This document shows positions 40,851 to 50,804 of a DNA stretch of 64,000 nt, piece by piece. Source of the stretch: Rickettsiales bacterium (GTDB lineage Bacteria; Pseudomonadota; Alphaproteobacteria; Rickettsiales; UBA1997); assembly GCA_021298605.1 (NCBI GenBank), contig JAJTDS010000004.1, forward strand, positions 24,099 through 88,098, given 5' to 3'. Numbering within the stretch: position 1 is the stretch's first letter; every line of letters begins with the position of its first letter. The notes beneath the pieces were generated by a model. It had not been told where the DNA came from. It saw only the letters and a list, made by a program, of their open reading frames with translations, and did no database searches. The position numbers and the translations under genes are program-made.

Positions 40851-41735
40851 ATGACTGACATCATTCCTTTCGATAAAAGAGAAGGTTACATTTGGCAAAA
40901 TGGTCAATTTGTTAACTGGCAAGAAGCTAAAGTTCATATTTTAAATCACGGTCTTCATTATGGATCTTGTGTTTTTGAAGGAGAAAGAATTTACAATGGT
41001 AAAATCTTTAAAAATAATGAACATAGTACTCGATTACACAGATCGGCAGAAATGTTAGGTTTTAAAATACCATACTCAATCGAAGAGATGAATAAAGCAA
41101 AAATTGAGACTTCAATAAAGCAAAAAATAGTAGATGGATATATGAGGGTATTTGCTTGGCGAGGTTCAGAAAAAATGGCAATTTCTGCTCAAAATAACAA
41201 GATTCATTTAGCGATTGCCTGTTGGCCTTGGCCCCCATACTACTCCGAAGAAGCTAGAAAAGTAGGACTAAAACTAAAATTTGCAAAATATCGTCGACCA
41301 TCTCCTGAAACCGCACCTGTCGCCGCTAAAGCTTCAGGGCTTTACATGATATGCACCATCTCAAAGCATGAGGCAGAAAATGAAGGTTATAACGATGCTT
41401 TAATGCTTGATTATAGAGGATTTCTCGCCGAGGCAACAGGAGCAAATTTATTTTTAGTTATGAAAAATGATGAACTTCACACCCCTACTCCAGACTGCTT
41501 TCTTAATGGAATAACTCGACTCACAATCATTGAATTGGCAAAAAAAAGAAATATCAAAGTTGTTGAAAGACACATTATGCCAGAAGAGCTTGCAAATGCC
41601 AAAGATGCCTTTCTTACTGGGAGTGCAGCAGAAATAACCAGAATAGGCTCTGTCGATGATAAATATTTTTATCCCCAACCTAGCCAAACAACCCTTGACT
41701 TAATGCAAGATTATCATCAATTAGTCAGATCTTAA
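40851..41735 (+). CDS. ilvE: Branched-chain amino acid aminotransferase (class IV)
   Basis: 294 aa. 'HGLHYGSCVFEGERIY' and 'GITR' motifs. Confidence 0.9.
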   Translation: MTDIIPFDKREGYIWQNGQFVNWQEAKVHILNHGLHYGSCVFEGERIYNGKIFKNNEHSTRLHRSAEMLGFKIPYSIEEMNKAKIETSIKQKIVDGYMRVFAWRGSEKMAISAQNNKIHLAIACWPWPPYYSEEARKVGLKLKFAKYRRPSPETAPVAAKASGLYMICTISKHEAENEGYNDALMLDYRGFLAEATGANLFLVMKNDELHTPTPDCFLNGITRLTIIELAKKRNIKVVERHIMPEELANAKDAFLTGSAAEITRIGSVDDKYFYPQPSQTTLDLMQDYHQLVRS

Positions 41736-41756
41736 ATTTATGATTTTGTTTTATTG

Positions 41757-42788
41757 ATGAACGAACAAAATCTAAAAATTATACCAGAAATTTGGGTTAT
41801 ATTTGATAAAAGAGCAGGAACTTTTCAACAAGCACTAGCACTTGCTGAATCAATTGGTATGCCATTTAAAGTTATAACTCCCGAATATAGCAAATTAAAT
41901 TCCTTGCCTAACTTTATTCTACCCGCATCTTCATTAAGAATCAAAAAAAGAAATAGATTAGAGTTAAAAAACATCACCCATTATCCAAAAATAATCATTG
42001 GAGCAGGTAGAAAATCTGCCAACTTCTCTTGTTTAATTAAAAATCAAGCCAAATTAAAAAATATTAAAATTGCCAATATTCATATTATGAATCCGCAAAT
42101 GAATTTTAACTTTTTTGATCTTGTTATTTTACCAAATCACGACAAAGCAAATTTTGATTACAATAATATTATTAGAATTAACGGTGCAATCAACAATATC
42201 AACTCTACCACTCTTGAACAAGCATTAATAAAATTTCAACAAACCCCTTTTTATCAGAAAATTGATCTTCAAACACAAAATAAAATCGCTCTACTAATTG
42301 GTGGCTCTAGCAAAAACAGTGTTTTTAAAACAAAATCAATGCAAAATTTGATAGAACATAGCTGTAAAATTGCTAAAAATATGTCAGCACAATTATTGAT
42401 ATTAAACAGCAGAAGAACTTCCAATCAACTTAATGAAGTAATAAAATCAAGTCTTGATGGCAATTATTATTTTTTTGACTGTAATGACAAAAACTTTAAT
42501 CACCACAACCCTTATTTAGCGATATTAGCAATTGCAGATTTCGTTATTATTACTGGGGATTCAATATCAATGATATCAGAAAGCTTAAATAGCGGCAAAA
42601 ATATTTATATTTTTGATGAAAAAAAGATTTCCACCAAAAAACATCGTTTATTTCATCAATATTTATTTAAAAATAAATTTGCAAATAAATTTGACAAAAA
42701 TATTATCAATCTAGAAGCAAATAGCAATAGACATCAAAGCCAGATATTAAAGATTATAACAAAATTAAAAAATTTAAATTTGTTATAA
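41757..42788 (+). CDS. ELM1 (mitochondrial fission)-family protein, bacterial homologue
   Basis: The N-terminus 'IWVIFDKRAGTFQQALALAESIG' matches the ELM1/DUF1022 consensus (vW.l.DgkaG..nQalGLAeaLg). About 340 aa. Confidence 0.7.
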   Translation: MNEQNLKIIPEIWVIFDKRAGTFQQALALAESIGMPFKVITPEYSKLNSLPNFILPASSLRIKKRNRLELKNITHYPKIIIGAGRKSANFSCLIKNQAKLKNIKIANIHIMNPQMNFNFFDLVILPNHDKANFDYNNIIRINGAINNINSTTLEQALIKFQQTPFYQKIDLQTQNKIALLIGGSSKNSVFKTKSMQNLIEHSCKIAKNMSAQLLILNSRRTSNQLNEVIKSSLDGNYYFFDCNDKNFNHHNPYLAILAIADFVIITGDSISMISESLNSGKNIYIFDEKKISTKKHRLFHQYLFKNKFANKFDKNIINLEANSNRHQSQILKIITKLKNLNLL

Positions 42789-43691
42789 TTTATTAATTTC
42801 TATCAATTTAATTGCTCTGTTATCGGCATCGATAATTTTAAATTTCAAATCATCAACAATAATTTCATCCGCAACTGCGGGAACTCTTTTAAAAATTGAA
42901 AGAGTAAATCCACCAACCGTTTGAAAATGATCATCTTCACTCTTTACTTTAATTGAGAGCAACTCCTCTAGTTTAGAAATATCAACTCTTGCACCAAATT
43001 GAAAAGAATTTTGTGAAATTTGTTTAATACGAAAGAAAGAATTATCGCTAGGTAAATCATGTTCATCTTCAATATTACCAACTATTTCCTCAACAATATT
43101 TTCAATAGTAATTAAACCATCAACCGCTCCAAATTCATCAAGTACAATGGCAATATGGGTTCTGCTATTCTTCATTTGCAACATTAAATCAACAGGCTTT
43201 ATATTAGCAGGGACAAATAATATTTTTCTTAATATTTTTTTTACTGCAAAATCATCATCATTGCCTATAAATTGGGCTAAATCTTTACTATGTATAAAAC
43301 CAACCACTTCATCAATATTTTCTCGATAAACAGGCAATCTACTATGCCCTTTATCCATAATAATTTTCTTAATATTATCAATTTTTTCGTTATAACTAAT
43401 GGCAATAATATCAGACCTTGGCACCATCAAATTGTCAATTCTTTTATCGGCAAGAGAGGCTAGATTTATAAACATTTTCTGCTCTTCAATAGTTATTAAA
43501 CCATCCTGATGGTAAGATTGCAATAAATGATTAAGAATTAATGAAAAAGTTTTTTTAGTTTTTTTACCAATTAATCGCAAAAGAATTGTGATGAACTTTA
43601 ATAAATGCGAGTTTTTTTGCGAACCTATCTTTAACTTATTATTAACAAACCTATCTGAAGATTTATTTTTTAAGGAAGAATTTTTAATCAT
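42783..43691 (-). CDS. tlyC: CBS-pair / CorC_HlyC domain protein (TlyC/CorC family)
   Basis: 302 aa. 'MVPRSDI', then a CBS pair, then the C-terminal transporter-associated domain. Converges on the ELM1-like gene and overlaps it by 6 bp. Confidence 0.85.
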   Translation of the reverse strand: MIKNSSLKNKSSDRFVNNKLKIGSQKNSHLLKFITILLRLIGKKTKKTFSLILNHLLQSYHQDGLITIEEQKMFINLASLADKRIDNLMVPRSDIIAISYNEKIDNIKKIIMDKGHSRLPVYRENIDEVVGFIHSKDLAQFIGNDDDFAVKKILRKILFVPANIKPVDLMLQMKNSRTHIAIVLDEFGAVDGLITIENIVEEIVGNIEDEHDLPSDNSFFRIKQISQNSFQFGARVDISKLEELLSIKVKSEDDHFQTVGGFTLSIFKRVPAVADEIIVDDLKFKIIDADNRAIKLIEINKL

Positions 43692-43710
43692 TTTTTAATT
43701 ATTAAGTTAA

Positions 43711-44730
43711 TTAAGCTATATTTTCTAAAATTAATTTCATTTTATTGTAAATAAAATTATTATTAAAAAAATTTTCTAATGCCTGCTGATAATTATCAAT
43801 AATGGGCACTAAATGTTGATATTGCTGTAAAAAAGCATTACCAAAAATTTCTAATTTATTGATATTGCTAGCTAAGAATTGAGAATCTTTGTTAGTTATT
43901 ATAATCATCAAGACAGAAATTGCCAATAAAAAGTTACAATTTGCAGATGGAACTCTATATTCAAGTCTTGTTCCTAATGACTTATCAATACCATCAAATT
44001 GATTATTTTTTACAACCCTGATTGCAGTGGTGCGATTATTTACTCCAAAACATAAACGAGTTGGAGAGTTATATTTGCCAATTTGATGCAAATTTTTATT
44101 TTCTTGAATTGAAAATCTTTGATAATCTTGAGCCTCTGGAGCCATAAGCAATAATCCATTATTGGTGTAAGCCAATAAATTGCCTATTAACTGACAAATA
44201 AAGCCAAATTCTTGCAATTCTAAATTTCCAAAATAATCATCTAAAATATTTTTATCGCCACTCCAAAAAGATAAATTAAATTGCATTGCATTGCCACAAT
44301 CATTGGAAAAAGGCTTACCCTCAAAAACAACACTCAAATTTAACATTTTAGCAAGAATACAAGACTCTTCTTTAATTTGAGCAACAACACAAGCCAAAGT
44401 TTTTAAGTCAAAAGTTGGGGCGGTTTTGATTTCAACCTGACCATCACCCTGCTCCTTTTCTATTTTAATAATTAGGGGAAATTTTTTAGTAATACTGCAA
44501 TTAAAATGATCAATAAATTCTTCTCTTTTAAATTCTTGCACCTGAATATTATTTTCATCAATTAAATAAAATTCTATTTCAACAGCTATAAACATTTTTA
44601 TGCAGGAGGGCTTTTTATCAACAATAGAAGATAAATGATTATCTAGCAACAAAAGCGAGCAGTTAAATATATGCTCGCAATTGTCGTAAATTTTTTTAAG
44701 ATCTTGATTTAAATGTTGCTTTGAATCCAT
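43711..44730 (-). CDS. Divergent glutamine synthetase-family protein (catalytic domain only)
   Basis: 'EIEFYL', 'GDGQVEIKT', '[11 protein letters not shown]', 'NRTTAIRV' and '[16 protein letters not shown]' line up with GS catalytic-domain motifs, with substitutions. There is no N-terminal beta-grasp domain. Confidence 0.55.
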   Translation of the reverse strand: MDSKQHLNQDLKKIYDNCEHIFNCSLLLLDNHLSSIVDKKPSCIKMFIAVEIEFYLIDENNIQVQEFKREEFIDHFNCSITKKFPLIIKIEKEQGDGQVEIKTAPTFDLKTLACVVAQIKEESCILAKMLNLSVVFEGKPFSNDCGNAMQFNLSFWSGDKNILDDYFGNLELQEFGFICQLIGNLLAYTNNGLLLMAPEAQDYQRFSIQENKNLHQIGKYNSPTRLCFGVNNRTTAIRVVKNNQFDGIDKSLGTRLEYRVPSANCNFLLAISVLMIIITNKDSQFLASNINKLEIFGNAFLQQYQHLVPIIDNYQQALENFFNNNFIYNKMKLILENIA

Positions 44731-45026
44731 TCAACCAAAGTGCTTTTAGGAAGCGAGCCAACCTTACTATCAACTAATTTTCCATCTTTAAAGATCATTA
44801 AAGCAGGAATACCTCTAACATGCAATTGCGAGGGAGTTTCTGGATTTTCATCGATATTGCATTTTACAACTTCAATTTTACCAGAAAATTCAGTGGCTAT
44901 GGAATCAATAATTGGAGAAAGTTGACGACAAGGACCGCACCAAGGAGCCCAAAAATCAACCAAAACTGGTATATTTGATTTTAAAACCTCTGCTTCAAAG
45001 GTAGTGTCAGTAATTTCTTTTGTCAT
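44709..45026 (-). CDS. trxA: Thioredoxin
   Basis: 105 aa. 'FWAPWCGPC' active site. Confidence 0.95.
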   Translation of the reverse strand: MTKEITDTTFEAEVLKSNIPVLVDFWAPWCGPCRQLSPIIDSIATEFSGKIEVVKCNIDENPETPSQLHVRGIPALMIFKDGKLVDSKVGSLPKSTLVEWIQSNI

Positions 45027-45090
45027 TTTGATTAAATTTGTGATTTTTAAAATTTTTAAAAACTAGAATTTGAATATTAATAAACTAATT

Positions 45091-45513
45091 TTATTCAACA
45101 ATTTCAAGCTTAGAAAAAAAGAAAGATATTTCTTGAACGGCATTTTCAATACTATCTGATCCGTGAACTGAATTAGCCTCAATTGATAGAGCGAATTCTT
45201 TTCTACTCGTTCCAGCATCAGCATTAGCTGGGTTTGTAGCACCCATAATTTCACGATTTTTTAATACCGCATTTTCTCCTCTTAAGACTTGTATAATTAC
45301 TGGACCAGAAGTCATAAATTTGACAAGATCTTTGAAAAATGGTCTTTCTTGATGAACAGCATAAAAAGCAGAAGCTGTTTTTTCCGATAAATGAAGCATT
45401 TTTTGGGCAACAATTTTTAGCCCCGCATCTTCAAATTTAGCATTTATTTTACCAGTTATGTTTCTTGCTGTAGCATCTGGCTTTATTATTGAAAGAGTAT
45501 CTTGAATAGTCAT
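45091..45513 (-). CDS. ndk: Nucleoside diphosphate kinase
   Basis: 140 aa. 'LSIIKPDA' and 'NSVHGSDS' (active-site His). Confidence 0.95.
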   Translation of the reverse strand: MTIQDTLSIIKPDATARNITGKINAKFEDAGLKIVAQKMLHLSEKTASAFYAVHQERPFFKDLVKFMTSGPVIIQVLRGENAVLKNREIMGATNPANADAGTSRKEFALSIEANSVHGSDSIENAVQEISFFFSKLEIVE

Positions 45514-45649
45514 ATATTGCGAGTTAATTAGTTAATTATTGAATTTAAAATTTACCTAAATCTAGGAAAGCGAGCAATTTAAAGGATTGTTTTTAATTAT
45601 CAAATAAAAATTATTTAGAGTTTAAATAAATTAGTTTTTGATTGATTTA

Positions 45650-45868
45650 CTAAACATTTCTTCTAACTATTCTGCCCTTAGTTAAGTCATAAGTTGTCAT
45701 TTCTACTTCAACTTTATCGCCTTTTAGAATGCGAATTTTATTTTTACGGATTTTGCCTGATGCATGAGCGATTATTATATGACCATTTTCAAGTTCAACT
45801 TTAAAAATAGTATTTGGTAACACTTCAACAACTACACCATTCATGGTGAGTATATCTTCTTTTGACAT
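45650..45868 (-). CDS. infA: Translation initiation factor IF-1
   Basis: 72 aa. '[16 protein letters not shown]'. Confidence 0.95.
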   Translation of the reverse strand: MSKEDILTMNGVVVEVLPNTIFKVELENGHIIIAHASGKIRKNKIRILKGDKVEVEMTTYDLTKGRIVRRNV

Positions 45869-46261
45869 TATTTTTTTAATAAATTTTTAAAAATAAAATA
45901 AATTTTAAGCACTCAAATTTATTAGAGCTTATTAGTTTAGTTTATTGAATCGGTAATTCAGGAAACAATATCGAATATGACCAAAATTAGTAAAATTAAT
46001 TGAGAAATATTTATTAAATTTATAACTAAAAACATAATATTAGATATTGCTTGATAAATATTGTAAAATAAACTTATATTTTTCAAGTAGTATTTTAAAC
46101 TCTATATAAAAAATCAAAAAAATACAAAGATTTTATTTTTTAATAAAGAGGCTTGCAAAACAATATTTTGTAAATATTTTATTGCCTTCGCTTTGTTTTT
46201 TGATGCAATAAAATCATCTATAAGTAAAATAAATTTATAAATTTAAGATAAATTTTTGATA

Positions 46262-47701
46262 ATGTTTTTTCAAGATTTAATTAACCAAACTAAAGGTAAG
46301 AAGGTTCATTTTATAGGTATTGGTGGCATTGGAATGAGTGCTTTAGCCCTAGTTTTAAGACAAAAAAATATCGCTGTACAAGGTTCTGATCTTGCAGAAA
46401 ATTACCTTACAGAGAAATTAAAAGCCCAACAAGTCGAATATTTTACAGGACATAGTCATGAAAATATTGTCAATGATGTGGCACTGGTAGTAAAAACCTC
46501 AATTATCAAAGAAGATAACCCTGAAATAATCGCCGCTAAAGCTAAAAATATTCCAATCATTACTAGAGCAAATTTACTAGCAATGATAATGCAAGAAAAG
46601 CTTGGCATTACTATTGCGGGGACCCACGGCAAAACAAGCACTACCGCAATGATATCAATAATTCTTGAATTTGCTGGACTTGACCCAACTTTTATTAATG
46701 GCGGAATAATAAATTACTTCTCTAGCAATCAAAAGATTGGTAATGGAAATTTTTTAGTAGCAGAATCAGATGAATCAGACGGAAGCTTTATTGACTTACC
46801 AACTAAAATTGGAGTAATAACTAACATCGAGCCAGAACATCTAGATTTCAAAGGCTATAATGGTGATTTCACAATCCAAAAACAATATTTTCAAAAATAT
46901 ATAGACAATATTCCAGAACAAGGAATGTGTGCCCTTGGCATTGATAATCAAGAAGTTTTTAATATTTATCAAAATCATCAAAGCAAGAATAAAGTTATAA
47001 GTTATGCAATAGAAAATAATACTAATTTTGCAAATATTACAGCTTCAAATATCAAAATTAACAGAAAAGGTACTTCATTTTCTGTTAATTTTAAAGATGG
47101 CAGAAATATTCCTCAAATAACTATGCCAATTTATGGTAAACATAATGTTTGCAATGCTCTAGCATCTATTGCTGTTGCCGATTTTTTAAAAATTCCTTTT
47201 TCAAAGATTATTGAAGCTCTTGAAAAGTTTGACGGAGTAAAGAGAAGATTTTCAAAAGTCGGAGAATATAAAGGAATTTTAATAATTGATGATTATGGAC
47301 ATCATCCAACGGAAATAAAAGCCACCTTATCTGCTGCCAAAAAAATAACTGCAAATAAAATAATATGTGTTTTTGAGCCTCACAAATACACAAGAGTTAG
47401 GGATTTATTTCAAGAATTCTGCAATGCCTTTATTGATTCGGATATAGTAATAGTATCAGAAATATATAGTGCTGGACAATCTCCAATTGAAGGCTTTAGT
47501 CAAGATAGTCTAATCGAAGGAATTAAAAAAACAAAGCACTGCGAAGTAATAAAAATGTCTGACCCAAATTCACTTGCAAAAATTATAAAGCCATTAATTA
47601 ATCAAAAATTAATTAATGAGGGAGACATAATATTCTGTACTGGAGCTGGCAAGGTAACTTACTGGGCCTCTAGTCTTGAAAGGCAACTAGAGGAAGCTTA
47701 A
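46262..47701 (+). CDS. murC: UDP-N-acetylmuramate--L-alanine ligase
   Basis: 'HFIGIGGIGMSALA', 'GTHGKTSTT', 'DDYGHHPTEI'. I prefer the ATG at 46262 to the TTG at 46256. Confidence 0.95.
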   Translation: MFFQDLINQTKGKKVHFIGIGGIGMSALALVLRQKNIAVQGSDLAENYLTEKLKAQQVEYFTGHSHENIVNDVALVVKTSIIKEDNPEIIAAKAKNIPIITRANLLAMIMQEKLGITIAGTHGKTSTTAMISIILEFAGLDPTFINGGIINYFSSNQKIGNGNFLVAESDESDGSFIDLPTKIGVITNIEPEHLDFKGYNGDFTIQKQYFQKYIDNIPEQGMCALGIDNQEVFNIYQNHQSKNKVISYAIENNTNFANITASNIKINRKGTSFSVNFKDGRNIPQITMPIYGKHNVCNALASIAVADFLKIPFSKIIEALEKFDGVKRRFSKVGEYKGILIIDDYGHHPTEIKATLSAAKKITANKIICVFEPHKYTRVRDLFQEFCNAFIDSDIVIVSEIYSAGQSPIEGFSQDSLIEGIKKTKHCEVIKMSDPNSLAKIIKPLINQKLINEGDIIFCTGAGKVTYWASSLERQLEEA

Positions 47702-48192
47702 TGTTAGAAAAAACAGCAACAGAAAATCAAAAAATAACATTTACTAAATTAAAATTTATTGAATTTAGTTCAGTAAAAGAAATGGAATCTGTATTTTTTT
47801 TAATAAATCAATCTCAGCCAAAGCTTGATATTAATAGCTACAAAGTAATGCTTAATGAAATGATTTCAAAAAATAACTACAAAATGGTTTCTATTTCTTA
47901 CGATAAAAAAATTATAGCCGTTGCTGGATATTTTGTAATGACAATGCTTTATTGCGGTAGATATTTACAAATTTCAAACTTAGTTGTTGACAAAAACTTC
48001 CGCTCCCTCGGGGTTGGAGAAAAAATTTTAAAATATTTTGACGAAAAAGCTTTGAAAATTAATTGCAATAAAATAGTTCTTGATTCTTATATTGAAAATA
48101 AAAAATCACATAACCTATATTATCGTTTAGGTTTTTATGTAAGAGGGTTTCATTTTATGAAGGACATAACTCCTTTTGCAATGAATTACTAA
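47701..48192 (+). CDS. GNAT-family N-acetyltransferase
   Basis: Motif A 'VVDKNFRSLGVGEKIL'. Its ATG overlaps the murC stop (TAATG). Confidence 0.8.
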   Translation: MLEKTATENQKITFTKLKFIEFSSVKEMESVFFLINQSQPKLDINSYKVMLNEMISKNNYKMVSISYDKKIIAVAGYFVMTMLYCGRYLQISNLVVDKNFRSLGVGEKILKYFDEKALKINCNKIVLDSYIENKKSHNLYYRLGFYVRGFHFMKDITPFAMNY

Positions 48193-48207
48193 TCACAAAA
48201 TTTTAAA

Positions 48208-49044
48208 ATGACAGAAAAATTAATTAAAATCTCCACTTTTAATGTCAACTCAATAAATGCAAGGCTTCCTAGGCTTATTGAGTGGATACAACACTCAAGA
48301 CCAGATATAATTCTGTTGCAAGAATTAAAAACTATTGCAGGAAATTTCAATCAACAAATAATAGCTGATATGGGATATAATGTTGCTATTGTTGGTCAGA
48401 AGAGCTATAATGGAGTTGCTATTTTTTCAAAATTTCGCTTAGAAGATGTAATCGAACAACTACCAATGATTGATGAAAAATTAGAACAAGACATACAAGC
48501 CAGATATGTTGAAGCATTAACAATAATAAATGGCAAGGCAGTTAGAATTTCTTCAGTTTATGTTCCAAATGGTGGTGGAGAAATTGAGCCACATCTAACC
48601 ATTAAAGAAAGCCCAAAATTTCTTTATAAAATTAATTTTTTTGACAGACTAAGAAAACATTTTAAAAAACTTATCAATAATGATGAAATTCAAATAATTG
48701 GTGGAGATTTTAATGTCGCAAACTACCCTATTGATGTTTTTGATTCAGAAAAATTAAAAGAAACTGTTTGCTTTCATTCTTTGGAACAAGAAAAATTTCG
48801 CACCCTATTAAATATCGGCTTCAGCGATTCATATAGAATTATGAACCCTCAAAAGCAAGAATTTTCTTGGTGGGATTATCGCAATAATAGCTGGAATAGA
48901 AATCACGGCCTAAGAATAGATTATCTTCTAACCAACCCTCAAGCAAATGATTGCTTAATCAATGCCGAATTAGAATCCCATAATGTTAGAGATCAAAGCA
49001 AAGCCTCTGATCATTGCCCCGCTTCAATAACTTTAAAAATTTAA
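48208..49044 (+). CDS. xthA: Exodeoxyribonuclease III
   Basis: 278 aa. 'STFNVNSINAR', 'LQELK', 'GDFNV', 'SDHCP'. Confidence 0.95.
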   Translation: MTEKLIKISTFNVNSINARLPRLIEWIQHSRPDIILLQELKTIAGNFNQQIIADMGYNVAIVGQKSYNGVAIFSKFRLEDVIEQLPMIDEKLEQDIQARYVEALTIINGKAVRISSVYVPNGGGEIEPHLTIKESPKFLYKINFFDRLRKHFKKLINNDEIQIIGGDFNVANYPIDVFDSEKLKETVCFHSLEQEKFRTLLNIGFSDSYRIMNPQKQEFSWWDYRNNSWNRNHGLRIDYLLTNPQANDCLINAELESHNVRDQSKASDHCPASITLKI

Positions 49045-49046
49045 AA

Positions 49047-50219
49047 ATGACTTTTAACAATATATTAATTATCGGTCTTGGTTTAATAGGTGGCTCAACC
49101 GCTTTATCTATCAAAAAATTAGCAAAAAATCAACAGCAAGAAATAAAAATTTTTGGCAATGACCCAGATAAAGAAGCTACAGAATATTGCATTGCTAAAA
49201 AATTAATCGATAAAGAAATTGAATTCATTGAAGGCGATATTTCATTTATTGATTTAATAATAATAACTACCCCATTAAAAGAATATAAAGCAATATTTCA
49301 ACAAATATCAAAATCTAAATTTTCTCAAAATCTAGCAATTATTGATTTTGGCTCGTTAAAAGATTTTATTAAAAATATTATTCCTAATAATCTAGAGAAA
49401 TATTTTATTCCTATGCACCCAATTGCTGGCTCTGAAAAATCTGGCCCACAAAATGCTAATGGCAGTTTTTTTGATAATAAAAAAATAATTATCACTCAAG
49501 CTCAAGATAAAATTTTAGAGAAACCTTTTGGTGGCAAAATTATTGATTTTATTAAAAATATGGGTTTTAAAATAGATTTTCTTTCAGCAGATAATCATGA
49601 TTACATTTACGGAGCAGTATCGCACATTCCACAACTGATTGCATCATCTTCGCAAGATATTTTTGGTTCCGTTAATAATAAAATTAAGGCACTAAAGAAT
49701 CACAATAGCCAAGCAAAAATTTTATGGCAAAAATCATTTAGAATTGACAATTCAGAATCTCTAATGTGGATTCAAACTTTTGAACTAAATAGAGAGAATC
49801 TAGAAGAATTTTATCAAAAATTCTTTAACAATTTACTTGATGTAATGGAATTAATCGAACAAGAAAATTTCTCTAAACTACAAGAAGAATATCAAGAAAC
49901 ATATAAAAAAGCTAAAATTATTTATCAAGCCCATAAAATCAATCTCGATGAAGATAATTTAAGCATAAATCACAAAGAGTTGAATTTGAGTCAAGAAAAT
50001 TTGAATATTTTAAACCTAAGAATCTTGATTATTATTGCTTATTTAAATATTGAAGAAATATTAGAATTTAAAGATTTTGTTGGAATGGGTCTAATTGACT
50101 TTATCTTGCCAATTTTTATATTTAAACATAGCGAAGATTTTTGGCTTACAAACACTAGAGAAAATAGCGATGATATTATATATATTACCAATCAATTTCT
50201 TGATCAATATGTTGAATAA
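49047..50219 (+). CDS. tyrA: Prephenate/arogenate dehydrogenase with C-terminal extension
   Basis: 'ILIIGLGLIGGS' Rossmann motif and 'MHPIAGSEKSGP'. I prefer the ATG at 49047. The final ~110 aa are unassigned. Confidence 0.8.
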   Translation: MTFNNILIIGLGLIGGSTALSIKKLAKNQQQEIKIFGNDPDKEATEYCIAKKLIDKEIEFIEGDISFIDLIIITTPLKEYKAIFQQISKSKFSQNLAIIDFGSLKDFIKNIIPNNLEKYFIPMHPIAGSEKSGPQNANGSFFDNKKIIITQAQDKILEKPFGGKIIDFIKNMGFKIDFLSADNHDYIYGAVSHIPQLIASSSQDIFGSVNNKIKALKNHNSQAKILWQKSFRIDNSESLMWIQTFELNRENLEEFYQKFFNNLLDVMELIEQENFSKLQEEYQETYKKAKIIYQAHKINLDEDNLSINHKELNLSQENLNILNLRILIIIAYLNIEEILEFKDFVGMGLIDFILPIFIFKHSEDFWLTNTRENSDDIIYITNQFLDQYVE

Positions 50220-50255
50220 TTTTTGCAAAATTAAGTCTCTTTAATTATACAGATA

Positions 50256-50615
50256 ATGATTAAAATAAAAGAATTAATAAAATATCGACAAGCAAACCTT
50301 AATTTACCTTATTGTTTATTAATTCTTATATTAATAATTACAAAAATTTATGGTAATTACCACAACTTACAACATCAACAAGAGCAACATAGCAAATCTT
50401 TTATAATTGCAGAAAAAAATAGCTTAGCTAAAGACTGTAATATTTGCTATCTTGACGGATTTCAGCAAAAAATAAAATTAACTAATATTTTTCAATTATT
50501 AGCATTAATTAATGTTTTTTTATTGCTATCAAAAAAATACTCTAATTTTATTTTACAGCATTTTTTCTACTGTTATTTTCCTTGTGCCCCCCCAACTTAT
50601 AAAAGATCTATTTAA
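50256..50615 (+). CDS. Hypothetical small membrane protein (weak call)
   Basis: 119-aa ORF with two hydrophobic stretches. I recognise no family, and it could be non-coding. Confidence 0.25.
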   Translation: MIKIKELIKYRQANLNLPYCLLILILIITKIYGNYHNLQHQQEQHSKSFIIAEKNSLAKDCNICYLDGFQQKIKLTNIFQLLALINVFLLLSKKYSNFILQHFFYCYFPCAPPTYKRSI

Positions 50616-50804
50616 AAATAACTAATTAGCTCTAATTAATTGTTGATTAATTTTTTAAATAATAATTGTAAAAATCATCATTAAATTCTTCTTTAAGTTT
50701 TTAATATAAAAAACTTAAGGGATTGCAATTAAAACAAAATAGATCAAAAAAATAATTAAAGTAACAAATTTTAATCAATTATTTCAATAATCATTTTGCA
50801 ATTT

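Noticed and set aside
45869-46255. The 387-bp AT-rich gap between infA and murC, considered as a possible replication origin or sRNA locus.
   Set aside because: I found no DnaA-box-like 9-mers (TTATCCACA / TGTGGATAA), no stable GC-containing stem-loops and no conserved RNA motif. It is most simply a divergent promoter region.
50777-50799. A Fur-box-like AT-rich sequence (aattatttcaataatcattttgc) directly upstream of the TonB-dependent receptor start.
   Set aside because: It matches the 19-bp Fur consensus at only about 12/19 positions. In DNA this AT-rich, such a match is expected by chance, and it has no clear dyad symmetry.
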